From a virus (Duplodnaviria; Caudoviricetes): a DNA stretch of 61,529 bases. The position numbers and the translations under genes were made by a program. This document shows, one piece after another, positions 21,201 to 29,394 of the stretch (within the stretch, counting starts at the first letter, position 1; each line of letters starts with the position of its first letter). Where the stretch lies: the IMG/VR virus record IMGVR_UViG_3300025632_000015, positions 1-61,529 of that record; one strand, 5' to 3'. Below the pieces are notes generated by a model. It had not been told where the DNA came from. It worked only from the letters and a program-made list of their open reading frames with translations, and made no database searches.

Positions 21201-23411
21201 TGTTGGATGCACAATTTCAAATGTCATTCTGCTAGAACTTGTTACACTTGGGCAGCAGGTGGGCCAATAACAGAGGATTCTGTTTCTTACGATTGGCAAG
21301 AAAGGTCAGCAAAATCCAACCCTCAAAAAAAAATTTCAATTAGAATAGATGAAAGCACAAACCCAGAAAAGAAAATGATGGCTGTATTTACCAAACCAAA
21401 TGGTAGAACAAAGACCATTCACTTCGGTGCTCGCGGCATGAGTGATTATACTCAACACAAAGATAAATCACGCAGAAAGAACTACCTTGCACGTCACGGT
21501 GGAATGGGAGAAGATTGGAATGACCCAATGACAGCAGGTGCATTGTCAAGATGGATTCTATGGGGCAAGCCGAGTCTAAGGGAATCGTTTAACGACTTCA
21601 AGAAGAGATTCAACTTGGAAGGAGTTATGGCTGTCACGAACACAAAGATGAATCCTTCATACACAACCAAGTTCGACTTTGTTCCAGGCAAGGAATATAC
21701 TTTTGATGAACTACCAGGACATGAAACAGGAAGAATGGTAACTGCACTAGAAGAAGAATATGGGCCACTTGGAACTTCCCTAAGAGAAGATGCACTTCAT
21801 CACTTTAGAAGCAAAGGAATGGAAGGTGGATATGGTTTTCCCGGAACTGCACAAGAGGCAATTTACAAAGCAGTAATTATTCCCAACGAAGAGTTAGTGG
21901 AACGATTTGGACACTTACAAGGAAAGCCAAAACTACAGAAGCATATCGAAAAGTATGGATTAGATTACCCTAGTATTGGTAACGAAGGAAACAATAGAAG
22001 AATTGCTATGGCTAAACTTGGAAGAGATATGCCGCATTTAGAAGTCGTCCCAGCAAAGATGAACCCAAGAATCCCAAAGAAGTACGAAGGACAAGATCCA
22101 AGCGAACATTCAGACCTTTACACCGATGAAGATCCAGAAGGAACAATTCAAGGCTTGGGGTTTAAAGACAAAGCAACAGCAACGAAATCAATTCGATTGA
22201 TTAAGAACTCAGGAAAAACTCACGCACATAAGATACAAGCAGCAATGGCTATGGAACAAAGAGCAAGATTCCACCCTAATGCAACAAAAGGAATCAAAGA
22301 GGCACAGAAAGTTTACAAGCAATTTATTGAAGAAATGAAAGTGAAAACAAAAGAAATGAAAGTAAAACTAAAAGTGAACCCAATGGCTCCCGGCTATCAA
22401 TCATATTCATGGACTACAGAAGACTGGCGTTCAATTAAAGTAAACAACAAAGGAGAAATAGATTACAAAGAAAAGTGTGGGGCAGAAGGAACACAAACAC
22501 CAGATGGTTCTCCTAGACTTTGTTTACCTGTGGAAGTCATTAGGTCTTTGTTAAGAACTGAATCAGGAAAAGATGTTATTCGTACACAAGCAAGGAAAAA
22601 AGCCCGTGCTAAGAAAGGTGAGAGAGTTCCTTGGCATCCAAGGATTAAGAAAATTTGGAAACGTGTAAAGGAACAAAGTCCCAAAGACAAGAAAAATCCA
22701 AATCCATATTACAATGCACATCTTTATGCAAGTGGTAGTACAGACCCATTTTTCCCAGGAGACGTACCTGTGGCTCCACCAGCCTTGTTAAAGAATCCAC
22801 CAAGTAAAGTAATTATTGTAAGTGGCCCATCTGGTTCTGGAAAATCAACCATATCTAAAACAATAGCAAAAGAACTTGGCGGCACACTTGTACCAACTGT
22901 GACAACAAGATCCAGAAGACCAAAAGAAAAAGAAGGAGGAGACAGAATCTTTGTTTCTAAAGATGAATTCAAAGAAATGATAGATAACAATGAGTTTGTT
23001 GAATACAAGCAACACAAAGATGGAGTCTTTTACGGCAGAAGAAAAACAGACATGGATGACATATCAATTGTAGAAGTTAGCCTAAAAGGAATGAAAGAGT
23101 ACAAAGAACTTTATCCAGATTCATTTGCAGTATTCTTAGAGCCAGATAAGTCTCCGAAAGAGATAGAAAAAAGATTATTGTTAAGAGGCGGTATGTCAGA
23201 AGCAAATGCAAAAGCTAGAGCAAGTATAATTCCTAAACAAGTTGCAGCAGCAAAAACAATGCCTTATGATTTATTTATCAAATCAAGAACAGGTAAGTAT
23301 TCAGAAGTAGCAAAAGAAATAATTAGTCAAATACCAATGGCTAATCCACATTGGCGACATGGTGAAGCGATGGACGAAGAAGACGATCCGTTTGCAGACC
23401 AATTTAACTAA
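18225..23411 (+). CDS. 1728-aa multi-module polyprotein-like protein (JAB/MPN domain, two guanylate kinase-like domains, several small domains)
   Basis: JAMM motif E...HTHP...S..D. C-terminal GPSGSGKST/TTRSRRPKEKEG/FVEY/FYG guanylate kinase signature, with a degenerate second copy mid-protein. About 13 xxNP motifs occur at module joins. Confidence 0.8.
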   Translation: MNQMMKTTTSHDIATLLNFPEIGQILSGNKVTDTDVKYKDGVFRYRITLPKGVRRSDIPNILRDFYNIGIFTLNSEDHIVENHDYQTRTTRNNVVVIGSMQITPVSLTNPVLKKMTALEDFNNEYDKMVMTAPETYFKAFPYRGFNGPTFRAKLFSFVSNMGENYGYCDDKTIYHRRASLVMPKIKITKAPEQAKMFYHTHPKRDEPSLSSADDYLIYFDMSHKPRNIRHFYTVMADRMDYFHIVPKPSKKKDYVKINEDKFIAELDNQIDEAASRLDQVMSSDSYGDDLQYCEKVTREVVKWLNNKYKKYFTITYKCHYRVKNNPDKPTGNDLHLDDEFIGKALKDLKTGAASWPEFREKDKPQENYAYWHSKYFTMNKDAKGVGYMGLLPGDTRRFNHFIYANYRGSEYTYEDILGILCISNDIKIRDAKIRDGKGITSRIEDILDYLEIHNEEIREDIMLYDSIVAVDAYGSMAEIVGEEHNFILPIADFSMQSVEAMKLVRGGKKNLERAKYDIMVTLKEKMGKAVADALGKRNKQLVDTGTPVSINAYHPWNDPTDTRNTYPGDSIKSSTLGINPPVQRKKREFGMVLPKNVFDNQELLLEVLEPFKKPDKDLRNERTNQYNIVVPGDNSAVNFTFYDTGTVQIFVPAKGYPMPENPDEAVLVAVRTLIETINDMGLAKPIETDDIAFGTIEPIRNPNTGVIVALVGPIQPTKNKILDSLSKRMNASVVTTFTTKILKAYERRPNIVEVTDEIFTKMENGGEIVVATQTYDGYKRGFSRKDMQKGDFMMIDAEVSDLHFLINAKPSVISFFLHPTNSEATIEGYMSKYVSPQEAKRVSRSIEPSQDQVEHIIEYDIERPASAIEEIYNTIPKPNPMPKSIGSMMVSSNGEYYLRVKNNPSHNSCPAVTQNLELNTKNRNSAIKADYIKYGPLNLADEDYWVKAAEHWNTTPEVAKESKCGNCVAFDISPRMLDCMPGSVQDDGQLGMCWMHNFKCHSARTCYTWAAGGPITEDSVSYDWQERSAKSNPQKKISIRIDESTNPEKKMMAVFTKPNGRTKTIHFGARGMSDYTQHKDKSRRKNYLARHGGMGEDWNDPMTAGALSRWILWGKPSLRESFNDFKKRFNLEGVMAVTNTKMNPSYTTKFDFVPGKEYTFDELPGHETGRMVTALEEEYGPLGTSLREDALHHFRSKGMEGGYGFPGTAQEAIYKAVIIPNEELVERFGHLQGKPKLQKHIEKYGLDYPSIGNEGNNRRIAMAKLGRDMPHLEVVPAKMNPRIPKKYEGQDPSEHSDLYTDEDPEGTIQGLGFKDKATATKSIRLIKNSGKTHAHKIQAAMAMEQRARFHPNATKGIKEAQKVYKQFIEEMKVKTKEMKVKLKVNPMAPGYQSYSWTTEDWRSIKVNNKGEIDYKEKCGAEGTQTPDGSPRLCLPVEVIRSLLRTESGKDVIRTQARKKARAKKGERVPWHPRIKKIWKRVKEQSPKDKKNPNPYYNAHLYASGSTDPFFPGDVPVAPPALLKNPPSKVIIVSGPSGSGKSTISKTIAKELGGTLVPTVTTRSRRPKEKEGGDRIFVSKDEFKEMIDNNEFVEYKQHKDGVFYGRRKTDMDDISIVEVSLKGMKEYKELYPDSFAVFLEPDKSPKEIEKRLLLRGGMSEANAKARASIIPKQVAAAKTMPYDLFIKSRTGKYSEVAKEIISQIPMANPHWRHGEAMDEEDDPFADQFN

Positions 23412-23455
23412 TCTAACAACAAGTTAAAATGAATTATGTAATCATTGCTTGACAT

Positions 23456-24160
23456 ATGCGTCTGACAGGAAGGTTCATTGAATCATTCAAACACAGGCAC
23501 GGTGTTGTATTAGGTATTACTAGAAGTGGAAAGACTTTCTTGGCAGCAAAGGTCTTACAACGAATACAAGAAACAGGTGGTCATACGCTATTTATTGATC
23601 CTAAGCACGATGATGGCTATTCTCACCTCGGTACAATTTGTACATCACCAATAGAAGTTTATGAACAACTTTTGTTAAAGAACCCAGCAATTATATTCAG
23701 AACACCAGGGACTTCAGAAGAAAGAATAGAAGCATTAGATAGAGTAGTAGAGTTAATGTTCACACTACAAAGAACAGCAGGTTTCAAAAGAATTAGGAGA
23801 GTTATAGCAATTGACGAAATACAGTTGTTCGTTAAGAAAGGCAACTCTCGTGCAGTGGAAATGATTTGGACAATTGGTGCAGGTATTGGAATCGTAGGTA
23901 TGGCATTGACCCAAAGAATCCAATTACTTAACGAAACTGCATGGTCACAATCAGACAACAAAGTAATTTTCAGAATAGAAGATAGACCAGAGTATCTTAG
24001 AAGTAGGAACTTAGAACACTATGTTGAGCAATTAGATTTCTTTACCGACCCAATGAATAAATATTGGTTCTATTATACACAAGGCGGTGGCAAGTGGAAA
24101 AAGCACGAACCAGTTCCATTGATTGATGAGACCAAATCACTTAACTTAAGTCGGTTCTAA
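23456..24160 (+). CDS. FtsK/HerA-superfamily (A32/P9-like) genome packaging ATPase
   Basis: 234 aa. Walker A GITRSGKT, FIDPK, Walker B IAIDEIQ, LTQR sensor and SQ...VIF. Lies upstream of the capsid-like genes. Confidence 0.75.
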   Translation: MRLTGRFIESFKHRHGVVLGITRSGKTFLAAKVLQRIQETGGHTLFIDPKHDDGYSHLGTICTSPIEVYEQLLLKNPAIIFRTPGTSEERIEALDRVVELMFTLQRTAGFKRIRRVIAIDEIQLFVKKGNSRAVEMIWTIGAGIGIVGMALTQRIQLLNETAWSQSDNKVIFRIEDRPEYLRSRNLEHYVEQLDFFTDPMNKYWFYYTQGGGKWKKHEPVPLIDETKSLNLSRF

Positions 24161-24200
24161 TTGAAAGGCATAATAAGAACTAGCCTCTCAGGAGGCTTAG

Positions 24201-24737
24201 ATGGCCATTACGATTAGCGCACCCCACTTCAAAGAATCAGTAGATGACCCTAATATCAAACCATTTCTAGATCAACTAGAATCTTTTTTAGACCTTAAGA
24301 ATATTCCCCACTACATCGTCAAAGGAACTTCATTGAAAACAATGTTAGACTTAACAACATCAGAAGCAAGGGGCACTAGTTACAATCAAGAACTTGCAGC
24401 GTATCTAAAGATCAGTGACTTGCATCTTGAGTTGCATGCGTATGATTTTGATACACATGAAGATTGGTCTACATCAGATTTGGTTATTGGAAAGCTACTA
24501 GGTTATACAGATGAAGAGTTACTAGGAGATTTTGAAAATGTTTTGGGTTCTAGTGCAACGGTTGAGACAAACATGGTAGTACCAATGGGACACTATGCTA
24601 GTGCATTAAGTGAGTTTGTTTATCAGATACCTAGTATAGTATTATATGTTAATGTAGATAGTAGTCAACTATACCCTAGTATAACAGAAAGTATAACAGA
24701 TATTATTTTGGATTACGAGGAGCGTAAAACTTCATAG
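24201..24737 (+). CDS. Acidic hypothetical protein, possibly N-formylglutamate amidohydrolase/Zn-exopeptidase-like fold
   Basis: ISAPH near the N-terminus, followed by LHLELHAY and SDLVIG. The resemblance is weak. Confidence 0.45.
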   Translation: MAITISAPHFKESVDDPNIKPFLDQLESFLDLKNIPHYIVKGTSLKTMLDLTTSEARGTSYNQELAAYLKISDLHLELHAYDFDTHEDWSTSDLVIGKLLGYTDEELLGDFENVLGSSATVETNMVVPMGHYASALSEFVYQIPSIVLYVNVDSSQLYPSITESITDIILDYEERKTS

Positions 24738-24972
24738 GTTCGTTTTTTACTGTCCAGCGTAAGAAATCAACAGCAGCGTTGATAGCGTGAGACCTATCTT
24801 TGAATATTTTTTGGTCAATCATTTCATCAACCATATCATAAAGTTCTTTGTTCATAGTAAAAGAAACAGGAACTTTTCGACTAAAATCTCTTTCAGTCTG
24901 TCTTCGAGACACATGTTTCGCATAATACATATACTTATCACACTTTTCAATGGCACAGCAATATCGCAGCAT
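24703..24972 (-). CDS. Ribbon-helix-helix (CopG-like) transcription regulator; true start probably downstream of the annotated one
   Basis: VPVSFTMNKELYDMVDEMIDQKIFKDRSHAINAAV fits the archaeal RHH pattern. Confidence 0.75.
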   Translation of the reverse strand: MLRYCCAIEKCDKYMYYAKHVSRRQTERDFSRKVPVSFTMNKELYDMVDEMIDQKIFKDRSHAINAAVDFLRWTVKNEPMKFYAPRNPK

Positions 24973-25051
24973 AATCTATAGATGTATGACACGAACATAT
25001 AGTAATGCACGCCCCTTATATCCCCCCTCCCCGTCGGACAGGTTAGATCGC

Positions 25052-26089
25052 ATGCCTTTAGCTGAAGTAGTAATACTGAATCCGCGAAGACCCGCTGCAA
25101 AGCGTAAGACGTCTAAGAGGAAGAAAAGCGTACGATCGAAAAACAAAGGAATGAATAAAATGGCAAGAAGAAAATCTGTAAAAAGAGTAAAGTCAACCAG
25201 AAGGAAGACTACTACTCGTCGAAAACCGACTACACGTCGCCGTAAAGTAACCCGTAGAAAAGCTGCCCCTAAGAGGAAGACTACTACTCGTAGAAAAAAG
25301 ACTGCACGCAGAAAAGCTGCACCTAAGAGAAGAGTAGTAAGACGCCGAAAAGTGGCAAGGAAAGCTGCTCCTAAGAGACGCAGAACTACACGTAGAAAAG
25401 CTGCTCCTAAGAGACGCAGAACTACACGTAGAAAAGCTGCTCCTAAGAGAAAGGCTACTACACGAAGGCGTATAGTAAAAAGACGTGCTGCACCTAAGAG
25501 AAGAAAAACTACTCGAAGGAAAACTGCACGTAGGAAGACTACAAGAAGAAAGAGCACATCTCGTGTTCGCCGAAGTCGCCGTTCATCAAAGATGAGCATC
25601 AAAGGATACACTTCATTCGTGAAGACCCACTTAGACCTAAAGGCTCTGGGTGTTGTTGTCCTTGGATTGTCTCTACCTTCGATGGCAGGGTATCTCGCAT
25701 CAACAAATGTTGGTATGAGAGCAATGTCCTACGTGGACATGGTACCTGGTATGACAACAAACGTTGGAAAAGCAGCTCTTGCTGTTGGTCTAACCGCTGC
25801 AGTATCATACGGAATGTCTGGCTTAGGAGTCATTAGTGCTAGTGAAGCATTAACAGCAAACATGATCGCATTAGGTCTTGTAACTGTTGGCGCATTACAA
25901 TCTATGAATCTACCTGTAGGTAGTGGAATAGTTTCTAATCTACCAAGTTCTGGCGGTCTCGCTGGTCTAGGTAGTGCTTCATATGGATACATCGGTAACT
26001 ACCACGACACTGGTATGGGTGTAGGAGCAGAAATGCTTCCTCAACCACAAGGTGCTCAGTTATTCGGCGTCCGTGCTAATATATTCTGA
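25052..26089 (+). CDS. Protamine/histone H1-like Arg-Lys-rich protein fused to a multi-pass membrane domain (putative virion core protein)
   Basis: About 170 aa of RRKAAPKRRRTT-type repeats follow VILNP, then 3 hydrophobic segments and LAGLG. A CTTATA box lies about 30-35 nt before ATG 25052. Confidence 0.8.
   Translation: MPLAEVVILNPRRPAAKRKTSKRKKSVRSKNKGMNKMARRKSVKRVKSTRRKTTTRRKPTTRRRKVTRRKAAPKRKTTTRRKKTARRKAAPKRRVVRRRKVARKAAPKRRRTTRRKAAPKRRRTTRRKAAPKRKATTRRRIVKRRAAPKRRKTTRRKTARRKTTRRKSTSRVRRSRRSSKMSIKGYTSFVKTHLDLKALGVVVLGLSLPSMAGYLASTNVGMRAMSYVDMVPGMTTNVGKAALAVGLTAAVSYGMSGLGVISASEALTANMIALGLVTVGALQSMNLPVGSGIVSNLPSSGGLAGLGSASYGYIGNYHDTGMGVGAEMLPQPQGAQLFGVRANIF
25250..25545 (+). repeat. Imperfect coding tandem repeat (36-39 nt unit, RRKAAPKRRRTT)
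   Basis: AAAGCTGCTCCTAAGAGACGCAGAACTACACGTAGA is repeated exactly around 25361-25432, with degenerate copies on both sides. Confidence 0.9.
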
Positions 26090-26125
26090 TTAGTAAAATA
26101 ATTGGGAAGTCTTTACAAAAACATC

Positions 26126-26149
26126 CTAGGGGGCCATCCGGCCTCCTAG
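26126..26149. terminator. GC-rich hairpin between convergent genes
   Basis: CTAGGGGGCC-ATCC-GGCCTCCTAG forms a stem with one G-U pair. Confidence 0.55.
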
Positions 26150-26166
26150 AGATGCTCACTATAATA

Positions 26167-26397
26167 TTAAAAAGTCCCTCTCTCATCGAGAGTCTTCATA
26201 GTTATGTTTCTTCTAACATACTCATTTTCTGTAATCTGTTTTTCAACAAGATCACCTGCTATACGCATGAGTACACAAGAGCGGATATATGCAGAGACCG
26301 TTAGTTTAGTACGATTGGCTTCACGTAATATTTCTTGGTACTCTGCTTGACTAAACCTTAGAGTGACTACTTTAGAAGTACTACCTTTGGTGCCCAC
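26167..26397 (-). CDS. Ribbon-helix-helix (MobC/CopG-like) DNA-binding protein
   Basis: VVTLRFSQAEYQEILREANRTKLTVSAYIR pattern. Confidence 0.7.
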   Translation of the reverse strand: MGTKGSTSKVVTLRFSQAEYQEILREANRTKLTVSAYIRSCVLMRIAGDLVEKQITENEYVRRNITMKTLDERGTF

Positions 26398-26462
26398 ATA
26401 TTATCCAACATGCATTCAGTAATAACCTTGTTGTACTGTTTTGTATGACAAACGAATACAAT

Positions 26463-26501
26463 GTAGTCAAACTACTTATACATAAGAGGCCAGTGGCACT
26501 G
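26463..26501 (+). promoter_or_regulatory. Putative promoter of the capsid operon, with clustered short inverted repeats
   Basis: TATA-like CTTATA. Inverted repeats: GTAGT-caa-ACTAC, CTTAT-ac-ATAAG and CAGTG-g-CACTG. Confidence 0.45.
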
Positions 26502-26574
26502 AATAACTCGAACGTCGACAACGTGGTGACAGTGAACTAACAACGAATTAATTAAAAATGGAAGTGAAAAAAAT

Positions 26575-27189
26575 ATGGAACTAAGACCTTACTACGACCG
26601 GCCTACCGGTCAAATTAAGAATTATTTAAGCCTTATTGAGCAAAAAATTGCTAGCAACTTTCCACACTGGGGTCGAGGATCTCAGGGTGTTTGGCCGAAA
26701 GGCGACTACGGTAAGGGAATCCTACGTGCTGATCAATTCAGTATATTAGGAACTTACGGGCAATGGTTAATCCCATCATCCGGTTCATCCGGAAACCCGT
26801 CCTCTGCATCTGTCGATTCCTTCGGTTGGTCATCCAAGACACTCAACTTCAAGTCACTAGAAGAATTTTTCTATTTGACAATGGGTATTCAATATCCGGT
26901 TACACCGCTTTTGATAACAGAACATCAATGGCAAATTTCCGGTATCGAAACACCTGTTATCGATCAGCAAATCTTCGAAGTACTAGAAGAACCGTTTGTG
27001 TGGTATGAATCACCTATTGTTATTGAACCTGAAAAGAACATCGTCTGCAACCACCGTGTGGTTGGAGGGGCTGCTAATTTCGGTAACTCTACAATAAGTG
27101 GCGCAGAAAAGTGGCGTGTAATAGGATCCGTCGTTGGTCAACACCACGAATTGATCCAGCTCACACAGAACATCGGAGAATTGAGTTAA
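26575..27189 (+). CDS. Candidate single jelly-roll major capsid protein
   Basis: 204 aa and beta-rich. The C-terminal PVID...WYESPIVIEPEK...WRVIGSVVG pattern recalls sphaerolipovirus-type capsid proteins. It has its own promoter and lies near the packaging ATPase. Confidence 0.55.
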   Translation: MELRPYYDRPTGQIKNYLSLIEQKIASNFPHWGRGSQGVWPKGDYGKGILRADQFSILGTYGQWLIPSSGSSGNPSSASVDSFGWSSKTLNFKSLEEFFYLTMGIQYPVTPLLITEHQWQISGIETPVIDQQIFEVLEEPFVWYESPIVIEPEKNIVCNHRVVGGAANFGNSTISGAEKWRVIGSVVGQHHELIQLTQNIGELS

Positions 27190-27221
27190 TCCCTTTGGGA
27201 TTGGCATTGGAGTGATATACT

Positions 27222-28067
27222 ATGACATCAATAGGTGGATTAGACGTAGCATTCGGTGCTAGGATGCAAGTCGTTCGTACGAACGTATTGTGCCTCGCTC
27301 TTGCAAATACCGGTCTGGCAAACGCAACCACTGTACCAAAGTTCATCCTTAATACATACAAGGAAGGACTAAAAGGTACTGTGATTGAGCCCGACTTTTT
27401 GTATATCTATGAAGTAGCACAAATTAACGCATCAAGCGGTTACACAACCGCTGCTGTTATGGATGGCCTTTTCAATCAAGATAATTCTGGCGATGGTACA
27501 GCCGATACTACCGCTTTAGAAGTTAACGGTGTCCTTAGGGATATCCGTCAAACTCCTTTAGCAGTGAATAGCGCATTCGCAGACACGACAGCAGCACACG
27601 CTGTTTTCAGTACTGCAACGCCTCTTCACACGTATGACAACATACAAGGTAACCTGGCTCTCGAATCTGTTCTAAGCCTTTCCGCTATGGGACTTGCAGA
27701 CGCAACCGCAGACTTAACTGCTGGTGTGTTTTCAGACGCTGCTGATGCTGATGCAGATGCAGAATCCGGAATATTCCCACAAGCAGTACAGGCTTTGGCT
27801 TTTAAAGACGTATATGACAACGCAATGGCGACAACTGGTGGAAACCTAAACGCCGGTAGCAAATACACTGGTATGCATAAAGGACCGTTTACGGTCAACC
27901 TAACTAAGGCTCTACAACAACTAGAGACTGGAGCAGGTATTGCAACTGGTGCTGCTGCTGCAACTGTAGACGCATATACGGCTTCGACTACCTTTGGCAC
28001 AATGGCTAATGACTTATCTAGCGACGCTGGAATAATCAGTATGACATCTTTTGCTAAAGTAGTCTGA
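27222..28067 (+). CDS. Putative structural protein co-transcribed with the capsid candidate
   Basis: Ala/Thr/Asp-rich, 281 aa. GGAGTGA SD upstream and a strong terminator downstream. Confidence 0.6.
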   Translation: MTSIGGLDVAFGARMQVVRTNVLCLALANTGLANATTVPKFILNTYKEGLKGTVIEPDFLYIYEVAQINASSGYTTAAVMDGLFNQDNSGDGTADTTALEVNGVLRDIRQTPLAVNSAFADTTAAHAVFSTATPLHTYDNIQGNLALESVLSLSAMGLADATADLTAGVFSDAADADADAESGIFPQAVQALAFKDVYDNAMATTGGNLNAGSKYTGMHKGPFTVNLTKALQQLETGAGIATGAAAATVDAYTASTTFGTMANDLSSDAGIISMTSFAKVV

Positions 28068-28089
28068 GATTGAAAGACATCTCAACGCA

Positions 28090-28130
28090 AGGGCGTTGGC
28101 TCCAATTATGGGGCCAGCGTCTTTTTTTTA
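28090..28130 (+). terminator. Hairpin + T-tract terminator
   Basis: AGGGCGTTGGCTCCA/TGGGGCCAGCGTCTT stem (with G-U pairs) running into TTTTTTTT. Confidence 0.7.
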
Positions 28131-28186
28131 TTTTAAAATCAGAAAATATAGCGCATCTTATAACGGTGGGGTATTTGTTATAGATT

Positions 28187-28315
28187 ATGTTATATTGCCA
28201 CAACTGTGAATTGCCTATACTAGAACTAGAACACGTCGTCATAAAAGACCTATACAAACAGACCGTAGACTTCTGCGCTACGTGTGAATCAGAGTTAGAA
28301 ATAGCATGGCTTTAA
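28187..28315 (+). CDS. Small zinc-finger protein (42 aa, not in ORF track)
   Basis: MLYCHNC...FCATC. A CTTATAA box lies about 30 nt upstream of the ATG. Confidence 0.6.
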   Translation: MLYCHNCELPILELEHVVIKDLYKQTVDFCATCESELEIAWL

Positions 28316-28388
28316 TCGACTGACTTATATTCAAGCACTGGCTCGGACAGACTGGTCCCAGACCAACCAGACAAAGAAGTGGTAAATT

Positions 28389-29372
28389 ATGGCAAACCTA
28401 AATCAAGGATATAGAAGTGGAAACGCCTTCGGGCGACTAGCGAACGTGAGTTATGAAAATTATACAGGCGAAGACATAGCGTTGAAGCCTGGGTACTTAC
28501 TTAGAATACGTGATACGTATGCATTAGTAACAGGTGTAGAAGCAATGAGTGTTGACTTATTCTTTACAGATACTGTGAATGTTGGAATTACTGCGGTAAC
28601 ATCGTCAGTAGCAACTAACTTTGACGGTACACATGGTGACGCACTAGAACAATATGGTTTAGCATCAATCAGTGCTTACTACGATTTAGGAACAACAACT
28701 GTCGCAGAAACAGACAAGACTGGTAACATTCTTGCACCTGACTACGATTCTGGTTTTATTACTTTCAAAGCATTAGAACCATATGCAGGTAACTTATATC
28801 ACTTGTGTCCTACACTACCTCTACAACCAAAGTATATGGTTAAAGAAACAGGTGACTGGCATTCTCTAAACGCATTCCCACCGTATGACACATCTAACGC
28901 CGGGCTTCCAGTTGGATTCAGGGGTGACGGTACTTCCGAGCATCTTTCTCAAGTTGGTAGCGTTTCTGCAAAATTATACCTAAAACAACCTAGCGGTGTG
29001 AGCAAGCATACACTCGATGAAGCATCTGACGGTGAGTCTGCAAGAGCAACTGCAAGCGAAACAACGCTAGAAGGCATCTCTGGTTTCTTAGATGGAGAAA
29101 TGTCTCCTCTAGCAAACCCAAACTGGTCTTTTGGTATGATCGTAGAACACGGTGAAGCATCATTACCTGCATTCCGTGTGGTAAACGATTCTGATGAATA
29201 TATTCTAGATGGTCGTGTAAGATTAGTTGGATGGAAATACAAAATCCTAGAACTGTCACAAGAGCAACTTGCTACATTAAAGGCAAAAGCTGGTGGCAGA
29301 CTAAGATTCATGTACTACAACCCAGTTACTTACCAGTCGTCTGGATTCCTTAGCGATTACCTCGCTATGTAA
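28389..29372 (+). CDS. Putative structural protein (second capsid/penton-like beta protein)
   Basis: Beta-strand pattern (LYLKQP, PAFRVVN, RVRLVGWKY). Has its own TATA (CTTATAT) and lies in the capsid cluster. Confidence 0.5.
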   Translation: MANLNQGYRSGNAFGRLANVSYENYTGEDIALKPGYLLRIRDTYALVTGVEAMSVDLFFTDTVNVGITAVTSSVATNFDGTHGDALEQYGLASISAYYDLGTTTVAETDKTGNILAPDYDSGFITFKALEPYAGNLYHLCPTLPLQPKYMVKETGDWHSLNAFPPYDTSNAGLPVGFRGDGTSEHLSQVGSVSAKLYLKQPSGVSKHTLDEASDGESARATASETTLEGISGFLDGEMSPLANPNWSFGMIVEHGEASLPAFRVVNDSDEYILDGRVRLVGWKYKILELSQEQLATLKAKAGGRLRFMYYNPVTYQSSGFLSDYLAM

Positions 29373-29394
29373 TTACGACGGTGGGATAAAGTAA

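Noticed and set aside
18225-23411. Inteins as the explanation for the long modular ORF
   Set aside because: There are no C/S-start and HN-C/S/T-end splice junctions or LAGLIDADG motifs. The joins are N-P.
24976-25611. 211-aa hydrophobic minus-strand ORF
   Set aside because: It is the antisense shadow of the Arg/Lys repeat tract. The same applies to most short overlapping minus-strand ORFs in the track.
26398-26574. tRNA or structured ncRNA in the intergenic gap
   Set aside because: No cloverleaf or T-loop consensus is seen; the gap is adequately explained as divergent promoters.
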